Part shown: positions 1-10,239 of the stretch, piece after piece
Position numbering within the stretch: the first letter of the stretch is position 1
Layout of the letters: the number at the start of each line of letters is the position of its first letter
Assembly (NCBI GenBank): GCA_965243135.1
Contig: OZ251539.1
Coordinates: 4,256,001 to 4,320,000, forward strand
Source: Alphaproteobacteria bacterium
Lineage (GTDB): Bacteria > Pseudomonadota > Alphaproteobacteria > MPNO01 > UBA830
Direction of reading: 5' to 3'
Length of the DNA: 64,000 bases
Translations under genes and position numbers: made by a program
Notes under the pieces: model-generated
What the model was told of the DNA's origin: nothing
What the model saw: only the letters and a program-made list of their open reading frames with translations
The model's database searches: none

Positions 1-1382
1 TTCTGGAAGGGCACTTTGGTCCACGCCCGGCTGATGCCGTTCTCGATCTCCGCCGCATAGCCGGAATGGATGCGCTCGCCCTGTTCGATGGCGGCTTTCA
101 GGCGTTCGGGCGGCGCCATGCCGGCGAAGCGAAGCGCGGCATCGTCGTTCCAGATATAGGCGCCGACGACGACCCCCTTGTCGCGATGGTATCCGTACGG
201 CGGATACCAGATCTGCAAGATGTCCTGATCCGTCCACGACATGCCGCCGTAGATGGCGTGATCTGCCTCCCAGAAACGCCGCCGCGTCTGAAACGCGATC
301 TTCACGGCCGGACCGAACTTGACCGAAGCGATCGCAGCCCGGGTCTCCGGCGAAAAATCGTTGGGAATGTCCTTCAGAACGGTCGCGGGAATTCCGCAGA
401 CAGCAAAATCCGCTTCGACGGAGGTCGCGGAATCGCGTCCCGCCTGCCTGTAGACGACGCGAACGCCACGGGGAGTCTTGCGGATTTCCTCGACGACGCT
501 GCGATACCGGATAAGCGGACCGACGCGCTTCTCGAAAGCCTTCGCGATGGCGTCCATCCCGCCGACAGGCTGGAACAGAGTCGGATTCTGGTCGAGGGAA
601 TGCGCATCATGCAGCTTGTACTGCCAGAAATCCGAACGGAGCAGTTCCCCGAAATCCAGCGGGTCGTTCGTTTGTCCGGCTTCAAGGCCCGCGTTCACCC
701 GCTCGCCGCGATAACCGCCCCGTGACGAACCCTTGTAGAGCCTGTCCGGGTCCAGGCTGCCGAACTGGACCAACATGTCGAGAACGCGTTCCTTGTCCTC
801 GGCCGTCAGTTCGCTGTCGAGAGCGCCGCGGTCGACCGCCTTGGCCAGCAATTCGGCGATGTATCCGCGTTGATCGGTGACGGCCCGCCGAGCCACCACG
901 GGTTCGCCGCCGAAGCGTTCCAGGTTGTGGAAAAAGGCCGCGCGGTTGTCGTTCGTGAAGACTTCGAGCTCGACGCCGAACTCCTTGCAGTAGCCGAGAA
1001 GCGCGGTGTGATGGTGGGGGATTCGGGCCGGGCCGAGATTCGCGTAGAGGTGGTCGCCGTCGTCGAAGTCGACCCGTTGCCGGTTGTCCAGTTCGTGAAG
1101 CACGTCGCCGCTCCGCGCCGTCAGGTTGCGCCCGCCGGCGCGGCCCGTCGCTTCGAGAACGGTGCAGCGGTAGCCCGCTTTAGACAGCTCGTAGGCCGCC
1201 GTCATTCCGGAAATGCCCGCCCCCAGGACGACGACGCTCTTGCCTTCGCCCGACGGGAGTTCGAGCGAAGCCGCGCGGGCCGTTCCGAAAAGGTCCAGCA
1301 CTTCCATCGCGCGATACACGGCTCCCGCGCCGGCGGCAGCCCCGATCGACTGCAGAAGCCTTCGCTTGGTCATGTTGGTCAT
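1..1382 (-). CDS. Flavin monoamine oxidase / L-amino acid oxidase family protein (3' end outside the window)
   Basis: Manual translation MTNMTKRRLLQSIGAAAGAG...KSVVVLGAGISGMTAAYELSKAGYRCTVLEATGRAGGR...NLGPARIP shows the GxGxxG FAD motif and RxGGR. GGAG RBS upstream. Absent from the ORF track because it runs off the edge. Confidence 0.85.
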   Translation of the reverse strand, partial: MTNMTKRRLLQSIGAAAGAGAVYRAMEVLDLFGTARAASLELPSGEGKSVVVLGAGISGMTAAYELSKAGYRCTVLEATGRAGGRNLTARSGDVLHELDNRQRVDFDDGDHLYANLGPARIPHHHTALLGYCKEFGVELEVFTNDNRAAFFHNLERFGGEPVVARRAVTDQRGYIAELLAKAVDRGALDSELTAEDKERVLDMLVQFGSLDPDRLYKGSSRGGYRGERVNAGLEAGQTNDPLDFGELLRSDFWQYKLHDAHSLDQNPTLFQPVGGMDAIAKAFEKRVGPLIRYRSVVEEIRKTPRGVRVVYRQAGRDSATSVEADFAVCGIPATVLKDIPNDFSPETRAAIASVKFGPAVKIAFQTRRRFWEADHAIYGGMSWTDQDILQIWYPPYGYHRDKGVVVGAYIWNDDAALRFAGMAPPERLKAAIEQGERIHSGYAAEIENGISRAWTKVPFQ

Positions 1383-1660
1383 CGCGGTCTCCGCTGTTTT
1401 TGGGAAACGACGCGCTCACGTCGCCCGGCGCCGAAAAACCGGACGCAGTATGTCTTTGCGGGCTGCGGCGATCGCCCGGACGCTCGATCCGTCTTGCCGA
1501 CGCAAACCGCTTTCGCTGCCGTCGAATTCCGCGCCGGAAATATAGCCGGCTTGCGAAACGCGGCAATGCCGAACCGGCCGAATTTTCCCGAAAAGCGGAG
1601 CCCGGTCGAAGTCGATTTTCGCCCCAGCGACTTCGTCGAGCGGCGGATGCAAGTCCCTCG

Positions 1661-2770
1661 TCATTCCGCGGCAAGCGCTTCGCCGGATTTCTTCCGCATG
1701 CTCAGACGCACCGCATCGGCCGTTTCGCAGACGTCTTCCGTTATGCCGAGCAGAGATGCATCGCGACCGTCGTAAGCTCTGAGCGACCCCGCCGCATCCC
1801 TTATCGCGTCTCTGGCGCGAATAAGCGAGGCGACAAACCTTCTTTCCACCGGCTCCGTCGCCGCATGCGCCGCGTCGAGATCCGACTTCTCCATTAGAAT
1901 GTTTAGCCCTTCAGCATTCGCAAGCACCTCGCCAAGACGTTTTATGTCCGGGTTCTGCGCCCGGACGACCGGCGACGCATCGTCCGGTTTCCACCCGTAA
2001 ATCCACCGAAGCAACTGTTTGAGTTCGCGATGCTTGTCCGCGCTTACCGGATTCGGCGTCGGATTGTATCCCGCCCAGTTCGTTTCAAGGCCCAAATAAG
2101 CCGTGTACTGGAAGCGTCCGAGCGCCGTATAGAGATGCGAGAAAGCAAATCTCGGTGTATAACGGTTCTCGATGCTGAACAAATTGTTTTCCCTTGCCTG
2201 ATCCAGAACGTAAATGGCCGACACCATCCGCTTGATCGTATCGTGCCGGTCTCCGATGGCTCTCGCTATTTCTTCCAGATTTCCGCTTTGCCTGTACCAT
2301 TCGGCTGCGAAGCGCGCCTTGGCGTAGGCGTCCCATGTTGCCGGTCCGTTGATGTGCTTGAAACCGATAAAGGAGCGCGCCTCCTCGCGGCAACTCACGC
2401 AGTATACCGATATTTCTTCCAAGGTTTGCCTTTTCGCTTCGTCCATCTTCGGAATCCGGACGCCAAGCTCAAGCAAGGCGCGGTTCTGCAAGACAAGATC
2501 GGGATCGCGCAACAAAAGCAATGCCGCGACACGCCGGTTCCCCTCAAGAACGATCATCTTGCCGTCCACGGGCATGGCGACCAGCGGTTCGATATCGAGA
2601 TAGCCGTTGGCGGAAATCGATTGCAACAACTCGTCGAGGTCCGCGCGGCGGTATAAACGGGCGATGATCGTCGCGTCGGACGCGTCTTCGTCCCGCTCGA
2701 TCAGCCGGGGATTTCTGCGATCCAGTCGAAGTTCCGCAACCGGAATTTTTTCGACGGCGTTCGGTTCCAT
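1661..2770 (-). CDS. ParB/Srx-like N-terminal domain protein
   Basis: LDRRNPRL...EPLV...IVLEGNRRVAAL ParB-like motifs. Start moved to MEPNAVEK. Confidence 0.75.
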   Translation of the reverse strand: MEPNAVEKIPVAELRLDRRNPRLIERDEDASDATIIARLYRRADLDELLQSISANGYLDIEPLVAMPVDGKMIVLEGNRRVAALLLLRDPDLVLQNRALLELGVRIPKMDEAKRQTLEEISVYCVSCREEARSFIGFKHINGPATWDAYAKARFAAEWYRQSGNLEEIARAIGDRHDTIKRMVSAIYVLDQARENNLFSIENRYTPRFAFSHLYTALGRFQYTAYLGLETNWAGYNPTPNPVSADKHRELKQLLRWIYGWKPDDASPVVRAQNPDIKRLGEVLANAEGLNILMEKSDLDAAHAATEPVERRFVASLIRARDAIRDAAGSLRAYDGRDASLLGITEDVCETADAVRLSMRKKSGEALAAE

Positions 2771-2918
2771 GATCTTCAAATCCTGCGTCGCCTCGCTTCG
2801 AAGCATACATCGACCCGCTCGCCGATCAATTGCACCGACCGCCCATGATCGTACGGACATCTATCGTGCCGACGTTTGGGCAGGCGCAGTCAAGGACTCC
2901 TTCCGCGAGTTGCTGGCC

Positions 2919-4415
2919 TCACTCTCGCATGGAGTCCCGGACGGCCGCTTCCATCGCCTCGACCTCCGCATCGTCCAACTCGGAAAAACCGCGGCGCTTG
3001 CCCGTCGAAAGCCGTCCCCCATTCTGCATGCAGAGGCGCACGAACAAGGATGCCCGGCGATCCGGCATGTCGACGATCTCGCGCACCGCCTCGAACGCCC
3101 GGTCGAAAACCGCGATGAAGCCGAGCTCTTCCTTGAGATCCCGGCGAACGGCTTCGGTCACGCGGTCGTACAGGTATTCGGCGAACGCGGTCGCGTCGAA
3201 ATAGCGATAGAGATCGGAGGTCTCGTTCTCGACGACGATCTCCTTGTCGGCGGTCCAGCGCCAACGGATGAACTCGAAAAGCGGCCGCGAAAAGCTTTCG
3301 AGCGCCGCATCGTAGCTGCGTCGGTCGCGCAGAATGGCCGCCGACACCGGAAAGATCACGCCGGGCGGGCCGTAGCCGCGCTTGGCGAGCACATGGTGCA
3401 TCAGGTATCGGTGGATACGGCCATTCCCGTCCTCGAACGGGTGGACGAAAACGAAGGCGAAGGCGGAGACCGCCGCCGCCGCGACGGGATCGACGCCGCC
3501 TTCGACGACGCGCCGCGTCAAGGCCATCCAGGCACCCATGAGATCCGGCACGTCCTCGGGCCGCGGGCAGATAAATTGCACTTCTTCGCGGTATCCGCTG
3601 ACGGTCGCGCCCACGAAGTTCTGGATGCCGCGCCAGTCGGATGCCGCGTAGCGGCGATCGACGATATCGCCCTGCAGGCGGATCAGCGCGGCCTTGTCGG
3701 ACGGATCGAGTTCCGGCGCCGCCCTCAGCGCAGCAATGAACCGCTGGATGCGCGAGGCATTCGGGGTCTCGCCCTCGATGGCGAACGAGGAGCGCGTTTC
3801 CTTCGTGTAGAGATAGCTGACGGCGCGGGCAAGGATGGCGGGATCGTAGCTTGCGGTTAGCCTGCGCGCGTCTTCGTCCACGCGCAGGCGCATCGCTTCC
3901 TTCAGGCGGGGCGTGCGCCGGATCGTCGGACACAGTCCGGGACCGCCGAGCAGGTTGTCGGCGACGCGGTGGCGCTGCGAATTGCGGCGCTCGGCAACGA
4001 TGTGCCTGTTCGGATCCAGAGCCTCGACGTAATTGCCGACTCTCGCGTCTTCCAGATCCAACGTCCGGCCGGTGACCATCTCATGAAAGAACCACGCCCG
4101 TCTGCTAAAGGCTCCAGTGGGTTCCGCCCGCACCCATGCCTCGATATCGGCGGGTTCGATCATTTTGAGCGCGGCCGCCATCACCCCGAGATCGACAGGC
4201 TCGTGGCGCAACGCGAATCGCAGATGCGACGCCACCGATCCATCCGTGGCATATTGCCGGGGATAGAGTTCCACGATCCGGGGACCGCGGGTTTCGGTCC
4301 GCCGGGCGCCGGTTACGACGTAGCTTTCCACCGCGGGCGGCGGAACCGCCAAGCCCAGTTCGCGCCTGAGCCAGACATGACCGATCGGTTGTCGTTTATT
4401 GTCGGCTGAATTCAT
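2919..4415 (-). CDS. Fic family protein (~498 aa)
   Basis: Canonical Fic motif HPFEDGNGRIHR. Confidence 0.9.
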   Translation of the reverse strand: MNSADNKRQPIGHVWLRRELGLAVPPPAVESYVVTGARRTETRGPRIVELYPRQYATDGSVASHLRFALRHEPVDLGVMAAALKMIEPADIEAWVRAEPTGAFSRRAWFFHEMVTGRTLDLEDARVGNYVEALDPNRHIVAERRNSQRHRVADNLLGGPGLCPTIRRTPRLKEAMRLRVDEDARRLTASYDPAILARAVSYLYTKETRSSFAIEGETPNASRIQRFIAALRAAPELDPSDKAALIRLQGDIVDRRYAASDWRGIQNFVGATVSGYREEVQFICPRPEDVPDLMGAWMALTRRVVEGGVDPVAAAAVSAFAFVFVHPFEDGNGRIHRYLMHHVLAKRGYGPPGVIFPVSAAILRDRRSYDAALESFSRPLFEFIRWRWTADKEIVVENETSDLYRYFDATAFAEYLYDRVTEAVRRDLKEELGFIAVFDRAFEAVREIVDMPDRRASLFVRLCMQNGGRLSTGKRRGFSELDDAEVEAMEAAVRDSMRE

Positions 4416-4668
4416 GTGGAAACGATTATTTTCGTGTAACCGGGATTATAGTAGGTCGGATTCATTTAAAATCGATTACAGGCGTTTGCGGGGCGGTTGT
4501 TTTTGTCGACTACCGGCCGTGCGGCGCACCGCTCCGCCCGCCCGCGAGGGTCACGCAGCACCTTCGACCCGGCCCGCAGTCGGCTCAACGGTCGCACGGA
4601 ACGACATGCATGAGCAAATGCGCCGACAGCTCGGTCTCGCGACGCCCGCCGCGACGCCGCGAACCCAT

Positions 4669-5610
4669 TCAGGAGCTGGACGCGCCGTAGTACAGCATCG
4701 CCGCATGCCTGGCTTCCGCGAAAAACAGCCAACGCTCGATCAGCGTGCCGGCGGAGGCCGACGCCGCGGCCAGAAGCGTTCCCGGAACGGCGATCCAGTC
4801 CGAGGCTTCGGCGGTCAGCCCGGTCAGAACCAGAGGAACCAGAAAGAAGGCGCAGAAACCGATGCGGCGCAGTTTCAGGGCGTGCTTGCGCGCGATCCGG
4901 TAGCCCATTTCCCGCTGCACGAAATTCTCCCCCGTATTCGGCGGGTCGAGAAGCCGGACAGGGCCCGCCAGACCGGTCGAGCTCTCCGGCGTCGCCGGCC
5001 CCCGGGTCGCGTCGATCGAGCGCCAGTAAGCCCTCTTGACGTACCACGCCAGAAACAGCGCCGCGACGGCCGCCAGCGCGATCTCCGGAGACCGGACGCC
5101 GAACAGCGCGGCCAGGGCATGAAACCAGAGCGCGCCCGTAAGCAGGGCGAACGTCAAGTATCCTGGGACCGTCATGCGGTTGTGCCAGGCGTGAACGGTG
5201 CGAAGCGTCGCGTAGATCATGCCCGTGGCGTGCACCGTCAGAACGCAGAACGCGACGAGAATCGCCGCGAACAGGCCGAACGGGCCGGAGAGGGTTCCTT
5301 CGACGAACCAGCCCCACGCGGCGAGGCCGAGCGGCAGGTAGGTCGCCGCGGCGAGCACCCCTTCTCGCGAAAGCCACGACGTCCGCCATTGGGAGAACGC
5401 CCGCCAGGCGCGTTCCGGACGCCCGAGATGGAAGGTCGACGACAAAAGGCCGCCGGTGATGAGCGCGGCGCCGAGACCCAGCGCCGCCGCGCCGAACGCC
5501 GGATCGACGGGAACGCCCCCCAGCGCGCCGTAGGCCGCCGTCAACGCGACCAGCCCGTAACCGGCGCCGGACGCCGCGGTGAAGAAAATGACGGAGTAAG
5601 CGGGATGCAT
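4669..5610 (-). CDS. soeC: DmsC/SoeC membrane anchor of sulfite dehydrogenase
   Basis: MHPAYSVIFFT start, HLGRPERAWRAFSQWRTSWLSREG, ERWLFFAEA; multiple TM segments; downstream of soeAB. Confidence 0.85.
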   Translation of the reverse strand: MHPAYSVIFFTAASGAGYGLVALTAAYGALGGVPVDPAFGAAALGLGAALITGGLLSSTFHLGRPERAWRAFSQWRTSWLSREGVLAAATYLPLGLAAWGWFVEGTLSGPFGLFAAILVAFCVLTVHATGMIYATLRTVHAWHNRMTVPGYLTFALLTGALWFHALAALFGVRSPEIALAAVAALFLAWYVKRAYWRSIDATRGPATPESSTGLAGPVRLLDPPNTGENFVQREMGYRIARKHALKLRRIGFCAFFLVPLVLTGLTAEASDWIAVPGTLLAAASASAGTLIERWLFFAEARHAAMLYYGASSS

Positions 5611-5671
5611 GAACCGGCGGGCTACCCGTTCCGGAGCGGGGCCGAACTCCCGCCGGTCGCGGAGCCCTCGA

Positions 5672-6406
5672 TCATCGCGACAGCGCCCGGTCGACCCAGC
5701 GAAGGAAACGCCCGGCTCCTTCCGCCAACGGCGCCGGATCCAGCGCCGCGCCCCCGGCGGCCTTCGTCGCCGGGCGCGGCGGCAGGTAGCGGTTGACCGG
5801 CCGGTAGCCGAGTTCCGGCATCAGTTCGCGGCCGCCCCGCGCCGCGCTCAGGCGCGACGCCTCCGAATCCGGGTCGCCCAGATCCCCGAAATGCCGGGCG
5901 TTCGCCGGACACGTCGCCACGCAGGCCGGCACGCGCTCTTCTTCCGGCAGGTTCTCGTTGTAGATGCGGTCGATGCAGAGCGTGCACTTTTTCATCACGC
6001 CCGCGTCTTCGTCGTATTCGCGCGCTCCGTAAGGGCATGCCCAGGAACACAGCTTGCAACCGATGCAGGCGTCCGCGTTGACGAGAACGATCCCGTCCTC
6101 GGCGCGCTTGTAGGACGCGCCCGTGGGGCACACGGTCACGCAGGCGGCATCCTCGCAATGCAGGCACGAACGCGGGAAATGCACGGTTCGGCTAGAGGCG
6201 CCCTCTCCCGCCTCGAAGCTGTGCACGCGGTTGAACCAGACGCCGGTCGGATCCGCGCCGTAGGGATCGTGATCGGGCAGCGGGCCGGGATGGCCGCCGG
6301 TGTTCCATTCCTTGCAGTTGACGGCGCAGGCGTGGCATCCGACGCAGGTGTCCAGATCGATGACGAGACCGAGCTTCCTCTCGCCCGGCGGCGGCAGCGC
6401 GGTCAT
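5672..6406 (-). CDS. soeB: 4Fe-4S subunit of sulfite dehydrogenase
   Basis: LGLVIDLDTCVGCHACAVNCKEWN, CLHCEDAACVTVCP, CIGCKLCSWACP, CTLC...CP; ATG overlaps the soeA stop. Confidence 0.88.
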   Translation of the reverse strand: MTALPPPGERKLGLVIDLDTCVGCHACAVNCKEWNTGGHPGPLPDHDPYGADPTGVWFNRVHSFEAGEGASSRTVHFPRSCLHCEDAACVTVCPTGASYKRAEDGIVLVNADACIGCKLCSWACPYGAREYDEDAGVMKKCTLCIDRIYNENLPEEERVPACVATCPANARHFGDLGDPDSEASRLSAARGGRELMPELGYRPVNRYLPPRPATKAAGGAALDPAPLAEGAGRFLRWVDRALSR

Positions 6407-9246
6407 GCGCGGCGCGCCCCGTAGCGCAAGACGTCCGGCGCGGCGGCGCCGGCCGGCAGCGGCGGGAACTGCGGCCACGTCGTCGCCGCCGCTTCCGCCT
6501 TTTCGAGCCGGACCTGCAAATCGTACCACGCGGCCTGCCCCGTGACCGGATCGGCGTTGGCGTAGCGGCAGCCGTCCTCCCGCGGCGGCAACAGGTCCGA
6601 TATCACGTGGTTCAGCAGGAATCCCCGTGTCGTCTCCGGAGCTTCGGGAGACAGGTTCCAGGCCCCCGCCCGCTTGCCGATCGCGTTCCAGGTCCAGACC
6701 GTGTCGCGCTGCGTTCCCTCCATCAGGCGAATCTGCGCCCTGATCCGCCCGTGCCGGCTGACCACCCATACCCAGTCGTCGTCCTCGAGCCCCTCGAGCT
6801 CCGCCCGGGTCCGGTTGACGTAAAGCCGGTTGCCGCCGTGGATCTGGCGCAGCCAGGCGTTCTGCGATCCCCAGGAATGGTACATCGCCATCGGCCGCTG
6901 CGTGACCGCGTGAAACGGATACGCTTCCTGGCCGCCGTCCTGGGACTCGAAGGGCCGGTACCAGATCGGCAGCGGATCGAAATACCCCTCGACCCGCGAC
7001 CTGTGCCGTTCCGGCGGCGCGACGGGTCCGTGGCCGCGCGCCGCGAGCCGGAACCGCTGCAGCGGCTCGCTGTATAGCTGCATCACGATCTGCTCGTTCG
7101 ACCCGATCCATTTCATGCGGGCCGCGTACTCGAGATAATCGCCGTTCGCGTGCCGGTAGTAGCGCATGTTTTCCGGCAACTCTTCGCGCCAGAAACAGCC
7201 GTTCTCGACGTAGCGCTTCAACTGGTCCGGATTGACCGCGCCGACGCCGTGCCGGTCGCCGTTTTCGCCGCGCCATCCCGCCAGGGGCCCGACGCCCGGC
7301 GCGCGTTCGTGATTGACGATGTAGTCTTCGTAACCCCCCGGGTACCGGGGAGAGCCGTCCGCCTCGACCATGCCCGGAAGCCCGAGCCGCGCGCCGAGAT
7401 CGAGTAGAACCGTCTGAAAGCAGCGGACGTCGCGGTCGGGTTCCAGAACCGGCTGGCGGATCGAGTCCGCGGGCGCGTCGGCGTCGCAGATCGGACGGTC
7501 GAGCAGGGATATGCAGTCCCATCGTTCCAGATAGGTCGTATCGGGCAGCACGATGTCGGCGTACGCCGCCATCTCCGAGCGGTACGCGTCGGAATAGACG
7601 ATGAACGGAATCCTGTAGGAATCGCCGTCCTTCGCCGTCAGCATTTCCATGACGCCGACGGTGTCCATCGAGGAGTTCCAGGCCATGTTGGCCATGTACA
7701 TGAACAGCGCGTCGATCCGGTATGGATCGCCCCGGCAGGCGTTTCCGATGACCGCATGCATCATGCCGTGGGCCGCCAGGGGCGCCTCCCACGAGAACGC
7801 CTTGTCGATTCTGAGGGCTTCGCCCGCGGAATCGACGAGAAGGTCTTCCGGGCCGGTCGGGAAGCCGAGCGGCGGCCCGGGCAGCGGCGTTTCGGGCCGC
7901 GTCTCGCCCTCCCGGCCCGCCGGCTTCTGGGGCGGCGGGCAGGGCCGCGGGAAAGGAGGCTTGTAACGGAAGCCGCCCGGAACGTCGATCGTTCCGAGCA
8001 GCAGCTGCAGAAGATGAATGGCGCGGCACGTCTGGAAACCGTTCGAATGCGCGGAAATCCCCCGCATCGCGTGCATGGCGACGGGGCGGCCGATCATGCG
8101 GTCGTGCCGTCGTCCCGCCCAGTCCGTCCACGCGACGTCGAGCGAGATTTCCTTCTCGAACGCCGCATGGGCCAGTTCCGCAGCGATGCGCCGGATATGG
8201 TCGGCCGGCACGCCGGTGCGGAGCGCCGCCGCCTCCGGACCGTAGATCGGATCGAGATAGCGTTCGGCCATCAGCTGGAACGCCGGCACGGCCGCGCGGC
8301 CGTCGTCCAGCGCGAACTCGCCGACGACCGCCGGCGCGACGTCCGGCAGAAGGGCGTCCGCGAGCCGCTCCGCGTTCCTGTCGAAGCAGAGCGGCCGCCC
8401 GTCGGCGTCCCGCGCGAAAAGCCCGTCGTCGCGCGAGTCCGGATCGCGGATCACGAGCCACGGCGCGTTGGTGTACCGCGCGAGATAGTCGAGATCGATC
8501 CTGTCGGCGTGCAGCAGCTCGTGGACGAGAGCCAGCACGAAGGCGCCGTCGCTCCCCGGCCGGATGCCGATCCATTCGTCGGCGATCGCTGAGTAGCCCG
8601 TCTTGACCGGATTGATCGACACGAACTTCGCGCCGCGCGCCTTGAGCCGCGAAAGCCCGGCCTTGATCGGATTCGACGCGTGATCCTCCGCCACGCCGAA
8701 CATCATGAAATATTCGGTTTTCTCCCAGTCGGGCTCGCCGAATTCCCAGAAGGATCCGCCGATCGTGTAGAGCCCCGCCGCCGCCATGTTCACCGAGCAA
8801 AAGCCGCCGTGCGCCGCGTGGTTCGGCGTCCCGAACTGCGTCGCCCACCAGCCCGTGAGCGACTGGCTCTGGTCGCGTCCGGTGAAGAAAGCGAGCTTCG
8901 CGGGATCTTCCGACCTGATCCGACGCAGGCGTTCCGCGACGGTCTCGAGCGCCTCTTCCCACTCGATCTCCTCGAACTCGCCCGACCCCCGCGGTCCGGC
9001 GCGCCGCAGCGGCTTCGACAGGCGCGCCGGAGAATATTGCTGCATGATGCCGGCCGAACCCTTCGCGCAAAGCACGCCCCGGTTGACCGGATGATCGGGA
9101 TTGCCTTCAATGTAGCGGATCCGGCCGTCCTGCAGATGCACCCTTATGCCGCACCGGCACGCGCACATGTAGCAGGTGGTCGTTTCGGTCTTGTCGGCGA
9201 CGCCCGGCGAGAGGTCGATGCGCTCTGCGGGAGTGGAATCGGCCAT
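6403..9246 (-). CDS. soeA: Molybdopterin subunit of sulfite dehydrogenase
   Basis: TTCYMCACRCGI, HGGFCSVNMA, MHAMRGISAHSNGF, MYHSWGSQNAWLRQI, DPVTGQAAWYDL; no Tat signal. Confidence 0.88.
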   Translation of the reverse strand: MADSTPAERIDLSPGVADKTETTTCYMCACRCGIRVHLQDGRIRYIEGNPDHPVNRGVLCAKGSAGIMQQYSPARLSKPLRRAGPRGSGEFEEIEWEEALETVAERLRRIRSEDPAKLAFFTGRDQSQSLTGWWATQFGTPNHAAHGGFCSVNMAAAGLYTIGGSFWEFGEPDWEKTEYFMMFGVAEDHASNPIKAGLSRLKARGAKFVSINPVKTGYSAIADEWIGIRPGSDGAFVLALVHELLHADRIDLDYLARYTNAPWLVIRDPDSRDDGLFARDADGRPLCFDRNAERLADALLPDVAPAVVGEFALDDGRAAVPAFQLMAERYLDPIYGPEAAALRTGVPADHIRRIAAELAHAAFEKEISLDVAWTDWAGRRHDRMIGRPVAMHAMRGISAHSNGFQTCRAIHLLQLLLGTIDVPGGFRYKPPFPRPCPPPQKPAGREGETRPETPLPGPPLGFPTGPEDLLVDSAGEALRIDKAFSWEAPLAAHGMMHAVIGNACRGDPYRIDALFMYMANMAWNSSMDTVGVMEMLTAKDGDSYRIPFIVYSDAYRSEMAAYADIVLPDTTYLERWDCISLLDRPICDADAPADSIRQPVLEPDRDVRCFQTVLLDLGARLGLPGMVEADGSPRYPGGYEDYIVNHERAPGVGPLAGWRGENGDRHGVGAVNPDQLKRYVENGCFWREELPENMRYYRHANGDYLEYAARMKWIGSNEQIVMQLYSEPLQRFRLAARGHGPVAPPERHRSRVEGYFDPLPIWYRPFESQDGGQEAYPFHAVTQRPMAMYHSWGSQNAWLRQIHGGNRLYVNRTRAELEGLEDDDWVWVVSRHGRIRAQIRLMEGTQRDTVWTWNAIGKRAGAWNLSPEAPETTRGFLLNHVISDLLPPREDGCRYANADPVTGQAAWYDLQVRLEKAEAAATTWPQFPPLPAGAAAPDVLRYGARRA

Positions 9247-9363
9247 ATCGTTCGCTGTCGAGTCTGCGCGGATACCGGCAGCAATAGGCGACGGCGGGCG
9301 GACGGTCAAACCCGCGCGCGGCCGAACCGGGAGACGCCGCGGCGGCGAGAGAAAGGAAGACGG

Positions 9364-10239
9364 ATGACGCCCGACGTGGTCTGCATGTTCGACGAGGCGA
9401 CAAACACGGCGTCCTACGTCGTCTCCGCCGGCGGCGAGGCGGCGATCATCGATCCGGTTCTCGACTTCGACCCGGTTTCGGGGCGCACGCGGACGGAATC
9501 GGCCGGGCGGCTGCTGGACCGTGTCCGGGAAGCCGGGCTCCAGATTTCCTGGATCCTCGAGACGCACGTGCATGCCGACCACATGACCGCGGCCGCGGTC
9601 CTGAAGGAGAAGACCGGAGCGAAAACGGCCATCTGCTCGGGCGTGACCCGGGTTCAGGAGATCCTCGCCGAATTGTTCGACGACGGGGACATGGCGGTCG
9701 ACGGCTCGCAGTTCGACGCGCTGTTCGACGACGGCGCGACGTTCCCGCTGGGACCGATCGAATGCCGGGTCATGGCGACTCCGGGCCACACCCCCGCCTG
9801 CGCGACCCTCGTCGTCGGAGACGCCTGCTTCGTCGGCGATACCCTGTTCATGCCGGATTCCGGGACGGCGCGATGCGATTTTCCGGGCGGCGACGCGAGC
9901 CTGCTCTACGAATCGATCGGGCGGATATTCGAGCTTCCCGGCGAAACGCGGATGTTCGTCGGCCACGATTACGGGGCCGGCGGCGCCCGCGGCTTCGCGT
10001 GGGAGACCACCGTCGCGGCGCAGCGCGACCGCAATGTCCACGTCGGCGGCGGCGCGCTGGAGCACGATTACGTTCAGATGCGGCGCGCGCGCGACGCCTC
10101 GCTGCCGCTGCCGCGTCTCTTTTTTCCGTCCGTGCAAGTGAACGCGCGGGCCGGCGCGTTTCCGCCCCCCGGAAAGAACGGGGTGTCTTACGTCAGGATC
10201 CCCCTGAACCGGACGATCAACGGAGAGGCCGCCGAATGA
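9364..10239 (+). CDS. MBL-fold hydrolase, persulfide dioxygenase (ETHE1/Blh-like)
   Basis: ETHVHADH, TPGHT, GDTLFMPDSGTARCDFPGG, GHDY. Confidence 0.8.
   Translation: MTPDVVCMFDEATNTASYVVSAGGEAAIIDPVLDFDPVSGRTRTESAGRLLDRVREAGLQISWILETHVHADHMTAAAVLKEKTGAKTAICSGVTRVQEILAELFDDGDMAVDGSQFDALFDDGATFPLGPIECRVMATPGHTPACATLVVGDACFVGDTLFMPDSGTARCDFPGGDASLLYESIGRIFELPGETRMFVGHDYGAGGARGFAWETTVAAQRDRNVHVGGGALEHDYVQMRRARDASLPLPRLFFPSVQVNARAGAFPPPGKNGVSYVRIPLNRTINGEAAE

Noticed and set aside
5672-10137. 1132-aa and 1244-aa ORFs suggesting giant fusion proteins
   Set aside because: High-GC upstream extensions of soeB and soeA; recognisable protein begins at 6406 and 9246
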